DNA from: Amoebidium appalachense
Taxonomy: Eukaryota; Protista; Ichthyosporea
Direction of reading: 5' to 3'
Assembly: GCA_963693365.1 (NCBI GenBank)
Contig: CAVNZM010000013.1
Location: forward strand, 4,817,814-4,881,813
Length of the DNA stretch: 64,000 bases
In this document: piece after piece, positions 57,783-64,000 of the stretch
Layout: each line of letters begins with the position of its first letter
Position numbering within the stretch: position 1 is the first letter of the stretch
Translations under genes and position numbers: made by a program
Notes under the pieces: model-generated
What the model saw: the letters and a program-made list of their open reading frames with translations, nothing else
What the model was told of the DNA's origin: nothing
The model's database searches: none

Positions 57783-59198
57783 TTATTGTTTGGTTTCTGC
57801 GTCCGTTGGATTGGTTTTCGCTTTAAACGGAGCCAATAGCCTCTCCATATCTTCCATCGAAACTAGCCTGCTGAACAGCACGCCAAGGTCTTGCGTCACC
57901 TCGTGCCAATCATAGAACAGGTACCCCATGCGGATGCGCCCGTCCTTGAACAGCGCGACGTAGTCTATGTCTCGCACATGTCTGATGGCGACCGTGAGTG
58001 CCTCGAGCCTCTGCTTCATTGGAGTTCTCTGTGTTTTGCTGTCGACCTTGAATCCGTGTGGGTTGAATCGAATAAACATGGTCGGCACTTCGTGCGCAGA
58101 TGCCTGGTTGAACATCCGTGCAATCTCGCACGTGGTGTCATAAGCACGGTGTTGCTCTTCGTCCACCTCGACCACAAGTACAAATGTCCCAAAGTCGTAG
58201 TAGAGATCAGGACGAGTGCGCTCCCCACAATCATTTGGCACGATTTTGTCGTGGCTGGTGGGTGGACCTATGGAACGCGATATGTGACGTAACACCTTTA
58301 TTTCAGGACGCGCCTCAGACCACTTAGCTCGGCGTATGGATTGTGGGTCGCAAGTGGCGCATAGGTTTCCCCTCTTGTGTACTTGTGTCAGCGTGCACGC
58401 CACGCAGAAGTTGCGCAGGTCACACAGCCTGCAGGTACGCCTATGCTTACCGTGTTCACAAACTCCCTTTCCACCACATGCTTTGCAATGATACCTCCGT
58501 TTACCGTGGTCGCAAACACTGGATCCGCCGCACAGATTACAATCGAATTTCAGTTTGCCATGTTTGCAAACACCCAATCCGCCACACGCTTTGCACGCAT
58601 ACCTTCGTTTACCGTGTTCGCAAATCCTGGATCCGCCACACAGATTACAATCGCATTTCAGTTTGCCGTGTCCGCAAAAACCGGATCCGCCGCACGCCTT
58701 GCACTGAGACCTTTGTCTGCCGTGTTCGCAAATCCTGGATCCGCCACACAGATTACAATCGCATTTCAGTTTGCCGTGTCCGCAAAAACCGGATCCGCCG
58801 CACGCCTTGCACTGAGACCTTTGTCTGCCGTGTTCGCAAAAACTGGATCCGCCGCACGCCTTGCACCGAGACCTTTGTCTGCCGTGTTCGCAAACACCCA
58901 ATCCGCCACAAGCCTTGCATGAGTACCTTTGTCTGCCGTGGTCGCAAACACCGAGTCCGCCGCACGCCTTGCACCGAGACCTTTGTCTGCCGTGTTCGCA
59001 AAAACCGGATCTGCCGCACGCCTTGCACCGAGACCTTTGTCTGCCGTGTTCGCAAAAACCGGGTCCGCCGCACGCCTTGCACCGGTCCCTCCGTTTACCG
59101 TGTTCACATTCAGGATAACATTTTTTCGATTTCATTTCCTTTATTGTGTCGACAGAGTTCATTCCCATTATAAGTGACAGAAAATATTGCACATACAC
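57783..59198 (-). CDS. Cys/His-repeat (CEHGRQRSRCKACGG, 18-aa unit) protein with a C-terminal PD-(D/E)xK-type endonuclease, NCLDV-type
   Basis: About 13 zinc-binding repeats followed by RPDLYYD..VVEVDEEQH..CEIARM..FIRFNP. Confidence 0.85.
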   Translation of the reverse strand: MYVQYFLSLIMGMNSVDTIKEMKSKKCYPECEHGKRRDRCKACGGPGFCEHGRQRSRCKACGRSGFCEHGRQRSRCKACGGLGVCDHGRQRYSCKACGGLGVCEHGRQRSRCKACGGSSFCEHGRQRSQCKACGGSGFCGHGKLKCDCNLCGGSRICEHGRQRSQCKACGGSGFCGHGKLKCDCNLCGGSRICEHGKRRYACKACGGLGVCKHGKLKFDCNLCGGSSVCDHGKRRYHCKACGGKGVCEHGKHRRTCRLCDLRNFCVACTLTQVHKRGNLCATCDPQSIRRAKWSEARPEIKVLRHISRSIGPPTSHDKIVPNDCGERTRPDLYYDFGTFVLVVEVDEEQHRAYDTTCEIARMFNQASAHEVPTMFIRFNPHGFKVDSKTQRTPMKQRLEALTVAIRHVRDIDYVALFKDGRIRMGYLFYDWHEVTQDLGVLFSRLVSMEDMERLLAPFKAKTNPTDAETKQ

Positions 59199-59378
59199 AC
59201 TCCCGAATTGGACTTAGCCATTTCTACACTGAACTACACTCGATTTCTTGTAGCCATCTAAACCAAAATCACCCCCAAGTCACATCATTTATAAACAAAT
59301 CCAACCAACCCAACCAACAACAGAACAACTTGATTTTGTTCCCTAAAACCGCCACACACCACCACGGGCCATGCATGC

Positions 59379-60794
59379 TCAGGCGTGGGACCCCTGCCCC
59401 AGGCAGTCCTTCTTGTGCTCACCCCAATCGCGGGTCTGGCAGTCCCTGCTGCAGTAGTAGACGTGCTTACAGGCCGAGCACTTCTTGGTGCGCCCGGTCG
59501 AGCCGCAGGTGGCACAGACGACAGAGGGCAGCTTGTCGATGAAGTGCTTGACGGCCCGGTTGCACCATTCATACATACACATGTTGTCCATGTCGTACTC
59601 CGTGGACACGGGAAGAGTGCTCACCGCAAACTCCGCAATCTGCACAACAGCCTCGGGCGTGGTGTGCTCGAGGCCGGAAGACGCGCACAGTACATGAAGC
59701 ATCATTCTGAAGACAATACCGGCGCCCGTGCTGATGTTTCCGGCATACAGGGCATTGTAGTCCCGCTCCTCCAGCACGTAGCGGTGGAAGACACAGTAGT
59801 GCCTAAAACACGCGAAGTAGGCAGCCATGTTGCGTTCGGCCGCAGTCACCGTTGGGTCGTTCACCCATCTCCGCTCCTCTATAGCACGCATCTCGCCCGC
59901 CAGGGTAGCCTCGCATTCCATGTAGCGCTCCTTGTTGCGAAACACACGCAGGTCGCCGCACTCCAGAACTTTTAGCATCAGGTTGCAGACCGGGTCCGAG
60001 TGGAAACGCAAGTGGCTGTCCATGGTGTAGACCACGACCTCGTTTTTCGACACCGTTGGGTCTTGGTGGGTGGGTTGCTCCTTGCAGTCCTTCTTGTGCT
60101 CGGGCCACTTTTGTTTCATACAGATGTCATTGCAGAAGTAGGCGTTTCTGCAGCGGGTGCACTTCTTTGTGTCGACGGGCGAGCGGCACTGGAGACATGA
60201 CACGGAAGGCAACTCGTTCACAAAGTGCTCGACGGCCCGGTTAGCCCAATCATTGTACACCACGTCGTCAATGTCCTTGCATAACGTATACGTACGCAAG
60301 GCGGAAGTGGCCGGCTCTTGACTGAAGTGGGCAGGGGGTCGGGCCTTGAGACCGGACCGCTCGCATAGCGCCGTCCCCACGAGCATGAAGAAGTCCTGAA
60401 CCCCTTGACCGAGCGTGCCCTCGTGGAGAGCCTCATGGTCCGGATTCCCCAGCACGTAGCGCTGGAAGGCGGCGTACATTGGGAACGCGATGGAGTGCAG
60501 ACAAGTGTCCCAGAGGGGCGGCACCCGCCCAGGCCCGTGGGGTTGTCTCTCCAAATGCAGCAGCAAAGTTTTCATGTCGTTTTCAAGGACTGAACGGAAC
60601 GCAGCGAAGCTCTCCCGTGTTTCGAAGATGCGGAGGTCGCCGTCTCTCGCAACTTCCAGCAGCCGAGCGCTGACAGGGTCCCGGTGGAGCCGATACTTGT
60701 CGTCCACGGCATAGACGACGACCTTGTCCGTGTCCGAGCCGGGGGGCCGGACGATGAAAGGCAAAGCCACGGCCTCTTCAGGTGTTTGGTCCAT
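59379..60794 (-). CDS. Protein with two tandem [unknown domain + MYND zinc finger] units
   Basis: CLQC..KKCTRCRNAYFCNDICMKQKWPEHKKDC and CATC..KKCSACKHVYYCSRDCQTRDWGEHKKDC. The two halves are homologous (VVVYAVDDKYRLHRDPV / VVVYTMDSHLRFHSDPV). Confidence 0.88.
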   Translation of the reverse strand: MDQTPEEAVALPFIVRPPGSDTDKVVVYAVDDKYRLHRDPVSARLLEVARDGDLRIFETRESFAAFRSVLENDMKTLLLHLERQPHGPGRVPPLWDTCLHSIAFPMYAAFQRYVLGNPDHEALHEGTLGQGVQDFFMLVGTALCERSGLKARPPAHFSQEPATSALRTYTLCKDIDDVVYNDWANRAVEHFVNELPSVSCLQCRSPVDTKKCTRCRNAYFCNDICMKQKWPEHKKDCKEQPTHQDPTVSKNEVVVYTMDSHLRFHSDPVCNLMLKVLECGDLRVFRNKERYMECEATLAGEMRAIEERRWVNDPTVTAAERNMAAYFACFRHYCVFHRYVLEERDYNALYAGNISTGAGIVFRMMLHVLCASSGLEHTTPEAVVQIAEFAVSTLPVSTEYDMDNMCMYEWCNRAVKHFIDKLPSVVCATCGSTGRTKKCSACKHVYYCSRDCQTRDWGEHKKDCLGQGSHA

Positions 60795-60944
60795 GCTTGT
60801 GCGTGAATGCCAGCGTGTGGTGATTTGTCTAGTGAAACGATCCGCTAAGAAAGGCGAGAAAGAGGGACGTGGTGAGATGTCTGGCAACAATCGTTTGGCT
60901 GGGAGTTGTTGTGAGGGAGAATGTGTGAAAGCGTGAAAGTGACA

Positions 60945-61200
60945 GGATTGGCCTCGTGTTGGTCTCTTATGTAGGATCGGTTTTCAGAAAGTACTGGTAT
61001 GGCATGTCCACAGCGCCATTTGATTGGAGTTCAATTCGCGCGCTGATTGGTTGGCAGGGATGGTGATCTAGGTTGAGCTAATGTGATTGGTTCGCAAAAT
61101 TCTCACAGCATTGAAGTGAGCCGCGATAATTAATTTGATTGGTAGATTTGCATATCCGATCTGACAGCCAATTTTGATCTTAGTCATGATTACACCAATC
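60945..61200. promoter_or_regulatory. Cluster of 7 CCAAT/ATTGG boxes plus an ATTTGCAT octamer, upstream of the MYND gene
   Basis: ATTGG at 60947, 61023, 61046, 61086 and 61138; CCAAT at 61168 and 61195; atttgcat at 61146. Confidence 0.5.
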
Positions 61201-61665
61201 AAAACGCGATAGCTGTCAGCCCTGAGAAGCGCAGCCGTGCTGGACACGACCAGTAAATAAAAATTGCCACTTCCTCTTCCACACCTGTGTTGTGGACCGT
61301 AGCGCTTGCATGCATGGTGCTGCTCGTGCTGCTTGCCGCGTGCTGGCGCTCAGGGGGGGGGGTGGGGTCTTGTTGTTTGTGTTAATGTACCGACAGCGTG
61401 CCCTTTGTGACACTTGCAGTGGGTTGTTGTTGTTGCCTTTTACAACCACCGCTCTGGACACAAGATCGAACAGCTATCAAATTGACCATATATATGACCA
61501 AGAAAAACAAGGTTACCAAAGATCATTGTAGCAGTGCGTCCTCCGTCTTGGCGCGCCCTACGTCCCAGCGGTTTTTAGGTTCCATTAGCACTGCGATGCA
61601 TAATCTCTGTGTGTGCTCCCCGAGTTTCTGGGGAGGGGGCGCTCCAAACTATCTCTTCGGAAGGT

Positions 61666-61920
61666 ATGACTTCTCCGAACATTGCAAACCTGAGATTTGA
61701 CAACCCGAGTAACTCGTGGGTGCGCAGGGATGACATTGCCGCCGACCCGCACGAGTACCACCTGACCATCGACAACAGCACGCGCTTCATGCTCTACATG
61801 GGCACTTCATTGGACGACCATGATGCACAGCTCAAGAGCGCTTCGATGTGGAGGGGCATAGCGCTTGCATGCATGGTGCTGCTCGTGCTGCTCGCCGGCG
61901 TGCTGGTGTACAGGTGGTAG
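61666..61920 (+). CDS. Small tail-anchored membrane protein, 84 aa
   Basis: C-terminal hydrophobic helix GIALACMVLLVLLAGVLVYRW directly before the stop. Confidence 0.55.
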   Translation: MTSPNIANLRFDNPSNSWVRRDDIAADPHEYHLTIDNSTRFMLYMGTSLDDHDAQLKSASMWRGIALACMVLLVLLAGVLVYRW

Positions 61921-61978
61921 GGGGGGGGGGGGGGGGTTAAGTTTGTAATTTTTATTCCTGGGCCGCACCAGGCGGACT

Positions 61979-62569
61979 TCACACGAGTTGGTTGCCCGGT
62001 TGATCTTGTTGTTTGTGTTTATGCACCTCCTTTCGATGTCGCCACAGCCCACTACGCCATGAGAAGGCCTTTGAGCACCCTTCCTCAGCGCATATGTAGG
62101 AGCGCTGACCTGTATGGATGCGGTTATGAAATTTAAGCGCGTTGGCAGTTTTGAAGGTTGCTTCACATCCAATAGCCTTGCACATTAGCTGTTGTATTGG
62201 ATAGTGCGTTCGTAAGTGCATAAGAAGTGCCCCCCGATATGAAAAGCGCCTGCCACACCCCTCGTGTTCGCAAGCGTATGGGCGTTCACCCGTGTGTCTT
62301 CTTTTATGTCGCAGAAGTCGTCCAGATGTCGGAGCCCTGTAGGTGCATCCGGTGTAGTTGCATTCAAATTTTTTTACTCCAGTGTGAGTTGTCATGTGTG
62401 CGTCCAGGCCAACCTGCTGTGTGCACCGTACTGCACAACCAGGCCATGTACAGGAAAATGGTTTTTCACCGGTATGACATGTGGCGTGACGTTGGAGGTT
62501 CTGCTTTGTTGCAAATTTTTTATTACATATCGCACATATATAGTCTTGCATATTCATGTATGGCATCAA
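61979..62569 (-). CDS. Intronless C2H2 zinc-finger protein with 6 fingers
   Basis: Canonical C-x2/4-C..H-x3/4-H fingers with TGEKPF, TGERPY and TGQRSY linkers. Confidence 0.9.
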   Translation of the reverse strand: MMPYMNMQDYICAICNKKFATKQNLQRHATCHTGEKPFSCTWPGCAVRCTQQVGLDAHMTTHTGVKKFECNYTGCTYRAPTSGRLLRHKRRHTGERPYACEHEGCGRRFSYRGALLMHLRTHYPIQQLMCKAIGCEATFKTANALKFHNRIHTGQRSYICAEEGCSKAFSWRSGLWRHRKEVHKHKQQDQPGNQLV

Positions 62570-62785
62570 AAAAATAAGAGGTTACTGAAACCCGGTAGTC
62601 GGGTCGTCGGTAGTAGCTAGCCTTTGCACTGGGAATATTTTTCACCTTTTTATTTTTTTCTAAAAGTAAGTTACCACCCAACGACCCGACTACCACTAAG
62701 TAAAATCATCAACCCAACTCAAAATCTATAATAAAACACCACTTTGGAATGTGTCTGGGTAGCTACTTGTCGTAAGATCCCGCAG

Positions 62786-64000
62786 CTATTCCAGCGAACC
62801 AAGACGGTCCTGCTCCATGGCCTGACAAACATCTTTCGACAGACCAACCCTCTCAAACGACAAAACATAACAGTACCGAGATGCTCCATTGACCTTGGTA
62901 GCCACTGGTTGTCCCAAAATAGCTCGAAGCGCACTACCAAACAGCTTTTGGCTTGGTCTCTGACTGCGCCCGGTTGCGTTCCGCTCGTGCCACAGACGAA
63001 AGTAGTTAAACAGGTCGGTGCTGGTGAACCGTTGGCCATCAACAGGTCTGGGCCATTCCTCACATCCGTTGTCCCCCGTCACAAGGTCGCGTAGAAACTG
63101 CAGTTCGTCTGGCCGTCCAAGATCTGTCAACCGTGAACGAAGTTCGGTTGTTGGAGGGGTTGGCATACGCTGGGGGACATTCACTTCAGCCATCAGCTCG
63201 TCCAAAATTGCCTGGAGAACAGATGGATTGGAGTGTCGTTCCTTGAATTCCGCAAAGTATGCAAACTGCCCCTTCCTCTCCGACGAAGATTCAAAACAGG
63301 CCCATCGTCGGTCACCCTCCTCTAGATTCAGTGGGTGTGACTCGTTGCTGAGAATCACATAGCGTTCACAACTCTCCACAGTAATGATGTCACACCCCTT
63401 CTTTTCCATAAGGCTTGTGGTTTCCGTAACACGGGCCTTCATCTGGTTGATGATATCAACATTACCATGCCAAAACACCTCATCGCACACGATGAGCAGT
63501 CGGTTGTTGAGATGGGCATTGAAGTTCCCACCAACGTGCTTTTTGTTTGTGACGGACACATAGTAGTCGCGTCCGATGATATCACCCAGGACATCAAAGA
63601 ACACGTTCTTGCCCACACCTTGGACTGACCGGAAGACGAGAGCCACTCCTGGTTTGATGTCAGGGTACTGAAAGAGCTGGGCCAACCAGTGACGTGTGTA
63701 GAGGTAAGCTTTCTCGTCGTAGTTGCACAACATGCGAAGATGGTCAAAAAACATACTGGTTGCCGATTGCGCGAGAGGGCGTGTGGGGTTGTGCACTATC
63801 TTGAGTCCACGAAAAATGTTAAAAGGACGGCCTTGCCTCATGACATTTTGTGCACGACGCTTCCCCGTCCGTGGATCCGGGTCTGCTGGGTCAAACACAA
63901 AGCGCGAATATTGCAGTATGTGGTCACTCTCCATGAACCAGGTACCCTTGTAGACACGCGTGATGGGCCGATTGCGCTCAAAAAATTCCATTCTGAAGAG
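62786..64000 (-). CDS. D5-like primase-helicase, SF3 helicase part; 5' end probably beyond the window
   Basis: Walker A region KPGVALVFRSVQGVGKN, Walker B LIVCDE, ILSNE and DRRW, with a probable C-terminal winged helix. Confidence 0.88.
   Translation of the reverse strand, partial: LFRMEFFERNRPITRVYKGTWFMESDHILQYSRFVFDPADPDPRTGKRRAQNVMRQGRPFNIFRGLKIVHNPTRPLAQSATSMFFDHLRMLCNYDEKAYLYTRHWLAQLFQYPDIKPGVALVFRSVQGVGKNVFFDVLGDIIGRDYYVSVTNKKHVGGNFNAHLNNRLLIVCDEVFWHGNVDIINQMKARVTETTSLMEKKGCDIITVESCERYVILSNESHPLNLEEGDRRWACFESSSERKGQFAYFAEFKERHSNPSVLQAILDELMAEVNVPQRMPTPPTTELRSRLTDLGRPDELQFLRDLVTGDNGCEEWPRPVDGQRFTSTDLFNYFRLWHERNATGRSQRPSQKLFGSALRAILGQPVATKVNGASRYCYVLSFERVGLSKDVCQAMEQDRLGSLE

Larger units (their letters stand above)
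41233..64000. mobile_element. Endogenous large-DNA-virus-like element (giant endogenous viral element), left end; continues beyond the window
   Basis: Abrupt switch from microsatellite-intron host genes to a terminal palindrome, tandem arrays and then dense intronless ORFs of NCLDV-typical families (D5-like helicase, Bro-N/T5orf172, CEHG-repeat nuclease). No capsid or DNA polymerase gene lies within the window. Confidence 0.8.

Noticed and set aside
41233-64000. Polinton/Maverick assignment
   Set aside because: No protein-primed PolB, integrase or capsid genes in the window, and the end is a full palindrome rather than a simple TIR with a TSD. It cannot be fully excluded without the rest of the element.

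Overview
Eukaryotic genomic DNA in two very different halves. From 1 to ~41.2 kb it is host sequence whose introns are saturated with (CA)n, (GA)n and poly-G/C tracts. It carries two multi-exon minus-strand genes: a PFKFB-type 6-phosphofructo-2-kinase/fructose-2,6-bisphosphatase whose last exon also encodes a C2H2 finger, and an AKAP10-like double-RGS PKA anchor that contains an intronic tRNA-Arg(UCG). From 41,233 to the window end it is an integrated large-DNA-virus-like element. That element opens with a spacer-less ~453-bp near-perfect palindrome (candidate unfolded hairpin telomere or terminal junction), followed by subterminal tandem arrays. A 7-exon KDM4-like JmjN/JmjC histone demethylase follows, with introns built from the element's own repeats. 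After it comes a dense set of intronless NCLDV-type genes: Bro-N/T5orf172, Cys-repeat PD-(D/E)xK nuclease, double MYND, C2H2 zinc finger and D5-like primase-helicase. The host is probably a unicellular holozoan or other opisthokont (inference). Exon models were built by hand from splice signals and reading-frame phase, and protein alignments are to sequences recalled from memory; no searches were run.
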